From Octopus sinensis (Eukaryota), in NCBI RefSeq assembly GCF_006345805.1, contig NC_042997.1, positions 154,938,001 to 155,002,000 of the forward strand: DNA of 64,000 nucleotides. Reading direction: 5' to 3'. Shown here piece after piece: positions 34,964 through 48,021 of the stretch (its first letter is position 1; each line of letters begins with the position of its first letter). A program made the translations under genes and the position numbers. The notes under the pieces were generated by a model, which saw only the letters and a program-made list of their open reading frames with translations, did no database searches and was not told the DNA's origin.

Positions 34964-37371
34964 TATGCTTCAACACACGAACTCATATAAAAAATCTTGC
35001 AAACCAAATCCCAAAACGAAATGACATTGTTATTTTCCATTTTGACACGGCATGGTTCATACATTTTACAAGTATTGCGGTTAATTTATTTATGCATAGC
35101 GTCTCTAATATCTTAGAGTGTAGAATACTGGGAAATGGTTTTCAATAATTAATCCAAGCCATTAACAACATTAATTCCTTATTCTGGAGAATTAATGTTA
35201 TTTTCCCCTCCAGCATCCAATCAGGTGCTAGTTCTGGTCTTGTAATCAGTTTAATGCTGCTATCTTACAACTATGGGTTTTAATAATGTGTTTAGGCCAC
35301 AAATTAGCGCTAAAAATTTTTTACTGCCTCCTACTGTTTTCCAGTTGCTTGCAGTTCTTTGTGTTTCATGAGCTTTATATGTTTGGTTCTCCAATGGTGG
35401 GCCATTTTTGTAGTGCTATTACATTTTTGTTTTTGTTTTTCATTCTGGATAGGGATCATTCCACTTTAAATTATTATTACTTCGGGTCACTAAACCCTCT
35501 CTCACTGCAATGTAACACTGCCCAGTCAGTCCATTAAGGTGTAATAATATTTGTTACAAATGCTATGATAGCCTAAACTCTCCACCAATTGACGAGGAAG
35601 CATCTGCATGGTCTTTCGGCCGATTAGAAATTCAAACCAAATCTCCCTCAAAGCAAGAATGGGATTGTACTTATGAAGCTCAGATTCACTACCCACCACA
35701 TTCCATATTTAATTGATTATAATTAACATTTCAGAGTTGTTTCCTTTGCCTCTTTTTTTACCCAAGTAAATCGTTGAGATAATGATTATTTTTATCATTA
35801 AAAGTTTAATTTTAAATTATTAAGACTCCTTGGTTTAATACTTCCGCTTTGCTATTGGATAATAATAGCTTCTACAAACTAGTAATGGAACTTCTACGAA
35901 GTCACTTGACCGGTTGGAAATAGTCAAATCTCCTCTGGAACTTACACTATTCTCTTTAAAAAGATATGGTACATTAGGCATGTTGTTAATTTAGTTACAT
36001 TATGTCGAAGAAAAACTGAGATTGTCATTGCTGGAACACTTGTTTTCATAGGTCTGCACAATCAATGCTAGTCTTGGTCAAGGCAACAACAAAATCAACA
36101 ACAGTTAAACTTTCCCTAAGCCCAACAACAAACATTATTTTCTTCCTTTCATTCCAATTTCTTTGTCTGATCGATTTAAGTTCCATTTTAACTGATCTAA
36201 ACTTACTTCAATACATGTCTATTCTTTCATATACGAGGAGACTTCTATACCGTACCAAACCGTAGAAAATACTCTTTTTCTTTGCATTGGCTGGTAAAAA
36301 TTGACTATTTCAATTTGTGAGTTAAATTTATAAACAGCGACTCGAGAAGCAGTAAACTTTAAGAGATATAAAAACCAGATGGCCAAAAAGAATACATCGC
36401 TTTTCAAGGGGGCGAAAATTACATTCCTTTGAAGCTTCAGTATATTATTTTTACTTATTCTATTTGCCGCCATCAGAAGTCGATTTAGACTATAATCAGA
36501 AACGTAAGAGCCTGCAATAATTATAAAGAAACATCTATCTCCTGTCTCTACACCAGCAGGTTTCAATCCATTTTACAAATAAATGGCTTTTTATCTTCAA
36601 ATATACAGCTGAGTAATGGTGTCGTGTAAGAGTATTACAAAAAGAAAACACGCCTAAAACTTTTTCCAAACTATTTTTTCTCAACCAGCATAATAACATT
36701 ATCCGGCAAATGTTTAGTTATCAGAATATTCAACAATCAAATCGTGTAACCCTAATTAATTCAAATGAACTAATGCCAGCTTTAAAATCGATTTTTTAGG
36801 TGTATCCCAGGATTTAAGAAAAATTCGTTGCTAGTAGTTTGGTTTACTTATAATGAAGACATGATAACCCAATAATTCTTATCGTGTATTTTATTTTATC
36901 GGGGGTTAAATATAAGACAATTTCAAATTTTCATAACATTTACTCACCGTTTTTCGTCTATTACTTAAAATTTAGTTTATTATGCCAGTTTATGTATAGT
37001 TGTGACTCATGACATGTCAACAATTCGGTTTCGTAGTATACTTTTGGGGGGACTAAAACCAATAAATATATATTTAGCATATCTACGACGCTTGAAGTTC
37101 TGATCAAGAGAACCTCAGTACACATTCCTACTGTAGTTAGCAAGTATCGTCTCCATCAGTTTTACCTTCACATCTTTCAATGACAGAAATATTACCATAA
37201 ATTCTTTCGCCTTCGTCGTCAAATGAATCACTATGACTAACATGGACAAATTGCAAAATAAGAATATAGAATGTGAAACTTTAATGATATTTTGCATCCT
37301 TAAGATCGATAGCTCTGAAGCAAATTACATACATTTTGTATATTTTATTATTTATTTATTTATTTATTTAC

Positions 37372-37532
37372 CACAGGAGTGGCTGTGTGGTAAGTAGCTT
37401 GCTTACGAACTACATAGTTCCGGATTCAGTCCCACTGCGTGGCACCTTGGGCAAGTGTCTTCTACTATAGCCTCGGGCCAACCAAAGCCTTGTGAGTGGA
37501 TTTGGTAGACAGAAACTGAAAGAAGCCCGTCG

Positions 37533-37571
<39 letters not shown>

Positions 37572-37792
37572 ATATGTTTGTGTGTCTGTGTTTGTTCCCC
37601 CCACCCCACGATCGCTTGACAACCGATGTTGGTGTGTTCATATCCCCGTAACTTAGCGGTTTGGCAAAAGAGACCGATAGAATAAGTACTAGGCTTCCAA
37701 AAAATAAGTCCTGGGGTCGATTTGCACGACTAAAGGCGATGCTCCAGCATGCCCACAGTCAAATGACTGAAACAAGTAAAAGAGTAAAAAGT
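37372..37792 (+). mobile_element. Full-length SINE family A
   Basis: Consensus head, body and tail, with (TATT)n on both flanks as the likely TSD. Confidence 0.92.
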
Positions 37793-37869
37793 ATTTATTT
37801 ATTTTTCAGAAACACCTGACATAATACTTTCAAGAATTTGCAGCCATCTTATTCCATCTTATTTAAAAT

Positions 37870-38176
37870 TTCGAGGATACACTCAAAACCTCACTGAAGT
37901 ACTTTGAAATCAACCTCGACCTTGGAAATGCAAGCACAGGACCGCCCTGTCTGGCATGACTGCACCAACAGAGGTGCAACCTCCTACGAAAGTAACAGGA
38001 TCACGGGAGCCCAAAGGAAACGTGAGCTCCGCAAGCCTACGGCGATCTCCTGGCCTTCAGTTCCAGCGCCCGATCTACGGCAGAACCTTCCGAGCTCGCA
38101 TCGGTCGCAGCCGGACACAGCGTGACCCATCTTTCCTCATGCGATGTCCTTGGTCATCGTGACAACGACGGACGAA

Positions 38177-38207
<31 letters not shown>
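37870..38207 (+). mobile_element. RTE-BovB-like LINE 3' end with (CAT)n tail
   Basis: FEDTLKTSLK...AQDRPVW...GATSYESNRITGAQRKRELRK...GRTFRARIG, then GTCATCGTGACAACGACGGACGAAC(ATC)n. Confidence 0.85.
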
Positions 38208-38209
<2 letters not shown>

Positions 38210-38229
38210 TATTATTATTATTATTATTA

Positions 38230-38267
<38 letters not shown>

Positions 38268-38277
38268 TATTATTATT

Positions 38278-38720
38278 CAGTAGTTTTATTTTTATAGCGT
38301 GCTTTTACTTCACTACCGAGCGCAGCTCTGTGTGCCTTGGGTATGTGCTGTGATTTGTTGTGATGCTCTGATGGTTATTGTATGGAAAGTGTTCTGCGTA
38401 GGATGTGTGCAGTGCCTAGTAGTGCAATTTTCTGTATGTTATATGTGTTTGTAAGTCCTGGTGTTTTTGTTATGTATTTGTCTGAATACTTTTTATCATG
38501 CCTAATGCACCTACTATGATAGGAATTGTTTCTGTTTTCAGATTCCACATTCTAGTTACCTCTATTTCCAGGTCTTTGTATTTTGAGAGTTTCTCCATTT
38601 CTTTTAGAGACACGTTGTCATCTGCCGGTATTGGTACATCAATTAGAAAGCATTTTTTTTTCTTCATGATCTCTAACAACTATATCTGGTCTGTTGGCCT
38701 TAATTTCTCTATCTGTGTAG

Positions 38721-38721
<1 letters not shown>
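38278..38721 (-). mobile_element. R4/Dong-clade non-LTR element 3' end (RLE nuclease) embedded in (TAA)n
   Basis: TDREIKANRPDIVVRD...KCFLIDVPIPADDNVSLKEMEKLSKYKDLEIEVTRMWNLKTETIPIIVGALG...IQKIALLGTAHILR, with (TTA)n on both sides. Confidence 0.9.
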
Positions 38722-38799
<78 letters not shown>

Positions 38800-38816
38800 C
38801 ATCATCATTATATAAG

Positions 38817-39155
38817 CCGGCGAGCTGGCAGAATCGTTAGCACGCCGGGCAAAATGCTTAGCGACATTTCGTCCGTCTCTGCGTTCTGAGTTCAAATTCT
38901 GCCAAGGTTGACTTTGCCTTTCATCCTTTCGGGATCGATAGATTAAGTACCAGCTGCGTACTGGGGTCGATTTAATCTTCTGTTTTCCTCCCAAAAATTT
39001 TGAGCCTTGTGCCTAGAGTAGAAAAGATTATTAATCCTTTCGGGGTCGATAAATTAAGTACCAGTTACGCATTTGGGTCGATATAATCGACTTAATCCGT
39101 TTGTCTGTCCTTGTTTGTCCTCTTTGTGTTTAGCCCCTTGTGGATAATAAAAAAA
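38817..39155 (+). mobile_element. SINE family B (tail A) followed by a partial tail-B copy
   Basis: Consensus head at 38817; the second unit starts ATCCTTTCGGGGTCG at ~39034. Confidence 0.85.
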
Positions 39156-39158
39156 AAC

Positions 39159-39227
<69 letters not shown>

Positions 39228-39246
39228 CATCATTATTATTATTATT

Positions 39247-40060
39247 TTGGTTTGGATCAAGTTCGGTCTTATTCCTGGTAGGATTTATATGGGTAACGGG
39301 TTACTACGTGTTACCTTAGGTATCCATAAGTTTTCAACGGTCTTTCAAGTGCTTATAACCCTCCTGATAATCCTTGCTGTCGCTAAGAGGCAAACTTTCT
39401 GTTAGAGCTCTGCCGGGCATTCTATTCTAATTTCATTCACCTATTTGTCTATATCTTTACCTACTCTTCCCAACGCACCAATTATTATAGGCACGACCTT
39501 TACTGTTCATACTCCAAATTCTTCCTATTTCAGATTTTATGGGAGTATACTTTTTTTCTTTTGTCTTCGTCCTCTCTCTTCGCGATCCTGGAATCAAACG
39601 GGCATGATGAGTCGATCAGTAAGCAACTTCGCTTTTCCTTATCTATAATTGTTATGTCCGGTCTATTTTTTTCTAATTATTTTCTAACTATTATTTTCTA
39701 ACTTCTTGTCCGTTTGAGTAGGAAAGTCCCACAAAATCTTGTATTTCTCCGAATCCAGTACTCTTTCGAATCTGTGATTGTACCCTGTGTTTCCAGCTTT
39801 AAATCCCCATTTCTGGCACAGTTTTCAGTGTAAAACTTTTACATCTTGGTCGTGTTTCCATTTCTTATATTATTCATGTACCGACTTGGGATATTCTTCT
39901 ACAATGTGTGCCACTGCCTCGTTCCAAGTTCCACGGGCGGGCTCTAGATTTTTCTGACACATTCTTTCCATATATATTTTCTCAAGTTGTTTGTTTTTAT
40001 CGCTTGATTTTGGGCTGCTACAAGTAAGCTCTCTGTTTCTTTTAACCGCCCCAGGTTTTG
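39247..40060 (-). mobile_element. Second, older R4/Dong-like element 3' region abutting (TAA)n
   Basis: KETESLLVAAQNQAIKTNN, EAVAHIVEE.P, KLCQKWGF, YKILWDFPTQTDKKLE and NRPDITIIDKEK; (TTA)n at 39159-39246. Confidence 0.8.
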
Positions 40061-40065
40061 TTCTA

Positions 40066-40425
40066 CATACGTCTTCAGTGGTCCGGACTTGCAGGTGGAG
40101 AAAAACTGGGACGAGATGACGGGCAGGGCGGCCAATTTCACCCAGAAATGAGCCGAGAGAAAGCTATCCCTGAAAGGTCGAGCGGAGGTGGCGAATGCAT
40201 ACATCGCATCCGTCATCTATTACCGCTTGACTGCCCCTATTACCGCTTGACTGCCCCGTTTAATGCTTGTTGAAGCTGGTGCACTTACTCTTCCACTTTC
40301 TGAGGAGGGGTGCGTTCCACTGGTCAGGTGTTCCATCTGCTGTCAACAGCCGCTCAATGGAGGGCTGGGCATGCCGTGGTTACTGATGCGCAGACATGTG
40401 CTGAGGTTGCGGCATCTCCAGGGTA
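40066..40425 (+). mobile_element. L1/Tx1-like LINE ORF2 fragment
   Basis: GPDLQVEKNWDE...RKLSLKGRAEVANAYIASVIYYRLT...VPLVRCSICCQQPLNGGLGMPWLLMRRHVLRLRHL (LSL.GR and GGLG.P motifs). Confidence 0.85.
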
Positions 40426-40857
40426 CGCCAGGCACATGCATCACAACCAGATGTGCGCGACATGGTGATTTCATATCAAGATAAACAGCTCATGACCTTG
40501 CAGGTGGGCCCAGTTAGAATTTTCAAAAGGTCCTTGGAAATGGGTTGTTTAATGATGTTGAACGAAACACCCACATTTCCAGGGGTGAATTATTCAAATC
40601 CCAAAGAATTCCTCTCAACACATGGCTGTAATGCTCCCCCACTATTTCTGCTTATGATCAGAGATGTACGTATCTCTGATCATGTCATTAAAGAAATTAG
40701 TTTATGAATTTGAGTACTAACGAAACCAAGCTGCTCCTGCCACTTCACAAGGTCGATCATGATTTTATGAAAATATGATTTGGTTGTGGTACTAAACGAG
40801 GAATCTGAGGCAGATGGTTCGAATCTAGATAGAAGCCTCAGTACACACACGCGCACG

Positions 40858-41062
40858 CGTAGGGTTGCTGAAAAGTTCCTGGCTTTAATGGTATTGCGAA
40901 AAGCCTGTTTGGAGGTCCAACCTTCCGAGTTCTTTTACAGTGCTTAGATAAACTGAAGGGCCGCTGCGATAAGTACATGAATCTGAGAGGGGAATAAGAT
41001 AATTAATTTATACCCCTGTATTTCCTTTTACCCAAAGCCGGAGACTTTTCAGTACCTCCTCG
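40858..41062 (+). mobile_element. Mariner-derived MITE
   Basis: TIRs GGGTTGCTGAAAAGTTCCTGGCTTT / AAAGCCGGAGACTTTTCAGTACCTCCTCG|TA. The internal LDKLKGRCDKYMNLRGE resembles the mariner C-terminus. Confidence 0.75.
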
Positions 41063-41608
41063 TATATACATACATACACATACATGAATGCACGCACGCA
41101 CATATAAGATTTATGCATACTGTTTCTAAGAGTCTTAGAGATAGACAAACTATAATTAACTGGTAAATATGTTTACATATTTTTTCAAAGAATAGAGTTG
41201 TGGTTGTGAAAGCAGCCCATACGAAACGAGAACCGAGAGGGAATAAACTTCACACCTCATTGTTCACACGTTGGTGTAATTACCACGATACTATAAAACC
41301 TTCTGACAAATACCACCCTACACATCTACACAGTATGTTTAATCATATGGACTTCTGATCGTGTGTAATTTCATAATGTATGTATACGTTCTGATTCTGT
41401 CTTTTGATGTAATAGCAAATTTGATCGCAGTCTTTTCTCCTCATTATTTCGACGCTTGAATCACTAATTTGTTCAGACATAAATTTATTATGAACTTCAG
41501 TTTCGACAATTGAATTTTTACTCTATTTTTCTTTGAACGACAACTAAACTGAACAGTAAGTATATGTTTACACTATTTAAACAGTACTGTTATTGTTGAT
41601 GTTGATGT

Positions 41609-41644
<36 letters not shown>

Positions 41645-42169
41645 GGATGTTGTTGTTGTTGTTGTTGTTGGTGGTGGTGTTGGCGGTGGTGGTCGTGGTG
41701 TCATGGGGGTAGTATGGTTCAGCTCAAGACACAACTATGCTCAAGTGTTCCAGGAAGATCACCCTCTTGCATGAGATCGAACTAAGTTAATGTTAACAAA
41801 CACGTGTGTGCAGGCTTAAAAGCTGCGGCCATTTAGGCAAGGTTACACTTAGATTATATGAAGTACTGGTGTTTCTTGTGTCTGTATATCCCACGAGCTC
41901 GTAATAAATACTATATATGTAAGGCTTAACTACAAAAAAAAAACATGCCATGGAGCAATGTTATTCACTCGCAACAAACTCGTCCTCCCTTTATTGCATA
42001 TTTAACTGACCTTTTCCTGGGGACTCTACGTATGGATGCAATACCATTTCTTAATCTCAACAATACAAACCATTCTAATATCAAAATCAAGGAGGTGAGC
42101 GGCAGTGGGTTTGTTTCGTTGGTCCTCCGACTCTATTATAGAACGGAACATACATACTCACATGCGGAC

Positions 42170-42201
42170 ATATAAACATACACACATACATACATACATA
42201 C

Positions 42202-42246
<45 letters not shown>

Positions 42247-42420
42247 AACATACATACATACATATAAACATACATGCATATAAACATACATACATACAAA
42301 CATACATACATATAAACATACATACATACATACATACATACATACATACATACATACATACATACATACATACATACATACATACATACATGCATGCATA
42401 CATACATACATACATACATA
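42170..42420. repeat. (TACA)n microsatellite
   Basis: Directly visible; a similar (TATG)n array lies at 46620-46950. Confidence 0.95.
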
Positions 42421-43326
42421 ATGGATAAGAACACGTATTTGTACTCCATCTTGACACAAATATCTTTTTACAATTCTTTTAAATTAGTTGCGTTAGTCAC
42501 GTATTCATTAATTTTTGAATTGCTTATTAGTTCAAGTATTCATTACTCGCTCAATTCTTCAAAAGTCTTTCCATTTTTCTCCATTTGCTCACCTGTTTTT
42601 GCGTTCACTTAGTCATCAACTGCTCAGATGCTAATCAGTTGTTTCATTGTTAAACAGCTGTTCATAAACTGTTTCTCAGTTCTTTCATTTCTAGCGGAAA
42701 TATGTAATAATCAGATCGCTATATCCGATGTCGCGATTCTCTAGAATATTACCTACGTCATCAAAAAATCTGACCATTCAAGACCTCGCGTGGAACAGGC
42801 TCCAACGACAACTTCATCTTTTAGCAGGCTTCTTTCTGAACCTTTATACTACAGCAACAACAGGCAGCGAACGAGAGACATCAGATGACGGTAGCACAAC
42901 CAGCAACTAACCACATTTTGACTACCACTATAATCACACCAATCCGAGAACATTTATCTCCAAACTCTATCGTTGTTTTGTCGTTCGTAGCAATGACATC
43001 ATTTCTTTTTGTTTAATGAAAGAATAAATATTGTGTTCATCAAAAATCTCAACAGATATCAGTGTTCTTTATCGTAACAAATTATTAATTAGTTAGTTGT
43101 TCATTTATTCATAAATAGTTCATTATTCATCTTTGCTAGCATTCTCGACAGAAAAAAGATAAAATGTATTATTTGGAACAAAAGTTTTAAAGCTGAGATA
43201 GTAGCCATGTTTTTGTGAGTAGTTATGTCAATAGTTATGGTAGCACATAACTACTTCAGTCGGTTATTGTTCAGAGTTTAAGGTTGGTTTTCACTAGTCA
43301 AAATGAATATATACTTGTAAGAGAAG

Positions 43327-46036
43327 TGAAAACGAACTTAGTGTGAAGTGTGATGTCTTGTCTTGTACTTTCGGGGTACAAGAAAGCAATCACTCTCACT
43401 AGCCGTTGCTTTAATAATCCAGAATTCTACCAGTTAGAAACAACAAAACGCAGACGTGAAATATATATAACTACTTTATTCTCTTTCTTGGTAACAATAA
43501 CAATAAGTGTGTTATCTGATGTCCTTGATTCTGGGCGCGCAAGGCTGAAAGTTAATAGATTGTAATATTTACAATGTCCAGCCGCTAAACCAGAAAGGGG
43601 TCAAGATGGCGTCGAACAGGGAAGTTGAATGTGGTCGGCAACAATTTGGTTAAAGGCATTCGGCCTCTGCTGCTATCAACCGGAGAGAAAATATATCGTG
43701 ACCGCCGCCTTCAATCGCTGGGTCCCAAGTCGCCGCTTGCTGCTGCTAGTGGTCAAACGTTCTACGATCCCCCTGCCTTGGCCAGGGTCGTGCTTCCGGT
43801 GGTTCGCGCATGCGCGAGAGGGCCCTTCCTTTCTGTGCCTTGGTAAAGGCACCAACACGCGCGAAATACAAATGGACGGTGCGCGAGCGCGCACCGCTAT
43901 AGGGTCACTACAGGCTCCCCTCCAGTGCGTACGCACGAAAGGAAACTTATTGTAGTGACTGCAAAACTCAAGGTGGACACCAGATAACCAAATAGCACAC
44001 AATAATATAATGGCAAAATTTATAACATACACAAAAAATTTACTAAAGGAAAAAGAGAAAAAATACTCAATGAGCAAAAATCAAGAGTGCATGCATGAAA
44101 GTGTATACGTCACAAAGTATAGAGCCTTACGCTGAAGGGAGCGGAAGGAAAGCAAAAACTCACAGTTAATGAACCTAAACGAAATTAAAATCCAACTTCT
44201 CTAAAGGTGGTTGATCCTGCAAAATAGCAGTTAAATCAATTGCTGCAGGAGAGGAAATGGAATTGACAGAAGCTCGCTAGTAACACAAAAGGCAAAAGTG
44301 CAAACATGCTGGTGTGATGCGCGACACAGATAATTTTCTGTTAATTACGTGACCAACAGTGGTCTAACAGGGAAAAATAATTACGCCCATACATAGGCGC
44401 AGCGCATGTGAACATCCGACATTCTATGAGTCGGGAAAAGAATTAGGCTAACGCAAACGTGTTGCAAAAAACAAGGCAATACACGTGCGAAGCAAGGCGC
44501 ATGAAATGCAATAGTGCTTGCCAGACCAAAAAACAGCAAGAATATGCCAGTGGTTGAGCGATTATATGCCTCGTTCGCACAGGAACAAAAATATGACATG
44601 CTGGCGCGTTATAATGGACAAACAACCCTCTCTATGTATACGTGACCGCTAGGGTCTATAGAAATGAGGGGTGTCCACAAAAGGCAAATTTAGCATGGAA
44701 CAAAACAAGCGAGAAAAGCATGTGTGACGTATGTATGTGAGAGAGAGCATTTATGTGTGTGTACGTGTGTGCGACAGAAATACATACAAGGTGAATGCGA
44801 GCAAAATATAAAAACAGCGCATAGAAAAAAATGTCTCTCATGTGCTATTTCAGACAAGAGTTAATTTACCAGTCTGTAATAGCCTGATGTACAATAGCAG
44901 TTCGTTCTGTAACAGAAATGTTGAGATCACAAATGCAGATGCCGATTGAACACATATCGTGTCGCGGTTGTGGCTTCAATGCTGTGACAGGTTAACTGGA
45001 ACAGAAGAAATCTCGTAGATGGTGCTGGGCTGTGAATTCTTGGTGTGCTAATGCACAAACGGCAAGTGGACCAAACTTCCGCGAGTTGCTATGTACATCT
45101 TGTGGAGGTCGACGATGTTGAAAGGCGACGGTGGTGGAGGAAGGCGACTGTAGTGGACTTGGGACAACATCGTTCTTAGTGATGATGGCGACGAAGATAG
45201 CGACGACGTGAAGTAGACAGACGACGATGATGATGACGAAGGTGGAGAAAAGGCATCGATGATGTGATGGCGATCGTCATCATGGCTGTAGAATAAGAAA
45301 GAGGCTCCTTCTACAACTTTGTGGTGGCCGGAAAACAAATCGTCGAAAGATGAATGCGTAGAGTTAAATCGTGTTCCGACTTCGCAGAAAAACTGGATTT
45401 TTTTGTTGATAAGTGATCTCTGGTTTTAGACCAGAATCACGTCGGGAGGTCACCAGCGAAACGAACTTGATGTGAGGGTGAATATCTTCGTGCACTTTTG
45501 GGGTGCACAAAGCAATCACTAGCCAGCCGTTGCTTTAATAATCCAGAATTCTACCAGTCAGAAACAACAAAACGCAGGCGTGAAATATATATAACTACTT
45601 TATTCTCTTTCTTGGTAACAATAACAATAAGTGTGTTATCTGATGTCCTTGATTCTGGGCGCGCAAGGCTGAAAGTTAATAGATTGTATTATTTACAATG
45701 TCCAGCCGCTAAACCAGAAAGGGGTCAAGATGGCGTCGAACAGGGAAGTTGAATGTGGTCGGCAACAATTTGGTTAAAGGCATTCGGCCTCTGCTGCTAT
45801 CAACCGGAGAGAAAATATATCGTGACCGCCGCCTTCAATCGCTGGGTCCCAAGTCGCCGCTTGCTGCTGCTAGTGGTCAAATGTTCTACGATCCCCCTGC
45901 CTTGGCCAGGGTCGTGCTTCCGGTGGTTCGCGCATGCGCGAGAGGGCCCTTCCTTTCTGTGCCTTGGTAAAGGCACCAACACGCGCGAAATACAAATGGA
46001 CGGTGCGCGAGCGCGCACCGCTATAGGGTCACTACA
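43327..46036 (-). mobile_element. Complete non-autonomous Gypsy-type LTR retroelement (2.7 kb)
   Basis: LTRs 45457-46036 (5') and 43327-43912 (3') begin TGTAGTGACC on the minus strand. 4-bp TSD GAAG (43323-43326, 46037-46040). PBS TGGTGACCTCCCGACGTGATT (45435-45455, tRNA-Trp-like). PPT GGAGGGGAG just before the 3' LTR. AATAAA within the LTR. No pol ORF in the 1.5-kb interior. Confidence 0.93.
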
Positions 46037-47762
46037 GAAGTTAGAAAAAAACTGACAAGCTCGTTAGGGAAGTTTGTTAACCAACTCAGTGTACTAACAT
46101 GATAATCGAACTAATTTCTAAAATAGCTACTTCGAATTTGAATCATAATAACGGTTTAAAGAAGAAAATTGCATAAGCTTTAACTTTCCACGCGTCCCCA
46201 CCACATATTCAGACAACTTAGAAGCCGCATGCTCTGCAGCAAAAATTTATTATCGGTTTGTGTCTGGTCTCTTTGTCCTATACTTCAAAGAACGACAACA
46301 TCGGTGTGTGAATGTAAATTGCTTTGAATTCTCCGTTAAGAAAAAAAAAAAAAACAGTCCATCCATTTCACAGACGTTGTTTGCCTGGCAATCAATATTC
46401 TTTTCTGCTGTTTCGATTCCATGAGCTCAGCGCACATTAAACTGAAATAACAGCGAACAAACATCTAACAACTCGTTTTAGACTTGGGATTTAGCATAAA
46501 GAATCCTTGACAATATCCAATGGCACTGGTTTGCATATTGGCTTAATCAATGGCGTAGAAAGTCTACAAATATTCTTCAAGTTTTATAAGTTGCTTTTTC
46601 TGCGTATTCGTATGACTACATGTGTGTGTGTGTGCGTATATGTATGTATGTATGTATATGTGTGCATGTATGTATGTGTGTATGTATGTATTATGTATGT
46701 ATGCATGTATGTATGTACGTACGTACGTATGCATGTATGTATGTGTGTATGTGTGTATGTATGTATTATGTATGTATGCATGTATGTATGTATGTATGTA
46801 CGTACGTATGTAAGTATGAATGTATGTATGTACGTACGTATGTATGTAAGTATGTATGTACGTATGTGTGTGTGTATGTGTGTATGTATGTTTGTATGTA
46901 TGTATGTATGTATGTATGTATGTATGTATGTATGTATATTTGTACGTACATGTGCTTTTGAATCCGTATTTGTATGAGAGGTAACGCAACAGATCTCTGA
47001 ACAAATCATAGCAGAAATCAGTTTTATTCAAACAATCAAGATTAATTCAAGCTTCACTTATAAACGTGTAGTCTTTGAAATGTACCGTATTTTTTAATGA
47101 CTTCCCCAAATAAGGATTGTATCTGAAATGTTTACGCTCAGACAACTTCTATGTGCTTCCTCAAAAGATTATTTGGTTCATAAAACTTATTTATAAAACT
47201 TTTTCAAGCGAAAGAAAACTCGGGATTCTTAAGCTAGCTTAGTTCTAACTTCATGAATTATATTTTACGTAAACATTAAGGTTCGGAAATAAACGGTAGA
47301 ACGCAGAAACTACTGTCATATATTAAAGCATTTTAGCCAAAAAGATTCTAATTTCAAAGCTAGCTGGTGCCCACTTTGTTTTTGTTTTTGTTTTGTTTTT
47401 TCCGTTACTAACATCAATAGGATGAATTTCAGAAATATCATGGTTTGCTTCTCATGACAAAACCGTATCTGAACAAAAATTTCCCATATAGAAAACAACG
47501 GGGGTGAATTGACAGCATTATCTGGTTGCGTTAGAAACTACCCCCTTTAAGTTCCGAGTTCAAATCACACCAAAGCAGATTTTTTATTTTCCTACATCTA
47601 CAGTTGAGGAAATATATGAGTTAAGTATTGGGTTTCATCTAATGCACTATACTCTCCCCCTTTAAATGTATGGCCATGTGTCTATTAAGAAATTAATTGA
47701 TTACGCACACATACATACAAATAAATAAATAAATGAATTCGCTATGGTTATGTTCTTTATTG

Positions 47763-48021
47763 TGGAGGCGCGTGGCTTAGTGGTTAGGGTGTCAGCACCA
47801 TGATCGTAAGATTGTGGTTTCGATTCCTGGACCAGGCGACGCGTTGTGTTCTTGAGCAAAACACTTCATTTCACGTTGCTCCAGTTCACTCAGGTGGCAA
47901 AAATGAGTAACGCTGCGATGGACTGGCGTCCCGTCCAACTGGGGAACACATACGTCATAGAAACCGGGAAACCGGGCCCATAAGCCTGGCTAGGCTTTAA
48001 AAGGGCGCATTTATTTTTTAT
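47763..48021 (+). mobile_element. tRNA-derived CORE-type SINE family C
   Basis: A box TGGCTTAGTGG, B box GTTTCGATTCC, CORE-like TTGTGTTCTTGAGCAAAACACTTCATTTCACGTTGCTC and GCGATGGACTGGCGTCCCGTCC. TSD TTATGTTCTTT(A/G)TTG. Confidence 0.9.

Noticed and set aside
41426-41561. Exon-like segment ending in GTAAGT
   Set aside because: All frames from the candidate acceptors contain stops.
43625-44077. Overlapping ORFs in the GC-rich repeat (repeated at 45749-46055 and 48944-49285)
   Set aside because: They lie within LTRs and are a by-product of high GC content.
45048-45338. ORF inside the LTR element as gag
   Set aside because: It is low-complexity Ser-rich sequence with only a faint RKFG..A..C knuckle-like trace in another frame.
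47763-47835. tRNA-like sequence (also the heads of other SINEs)
   Set aside because: A and B boxes are present but there is no complete cloverleaf, and it continues into a SINE body with TSDs.
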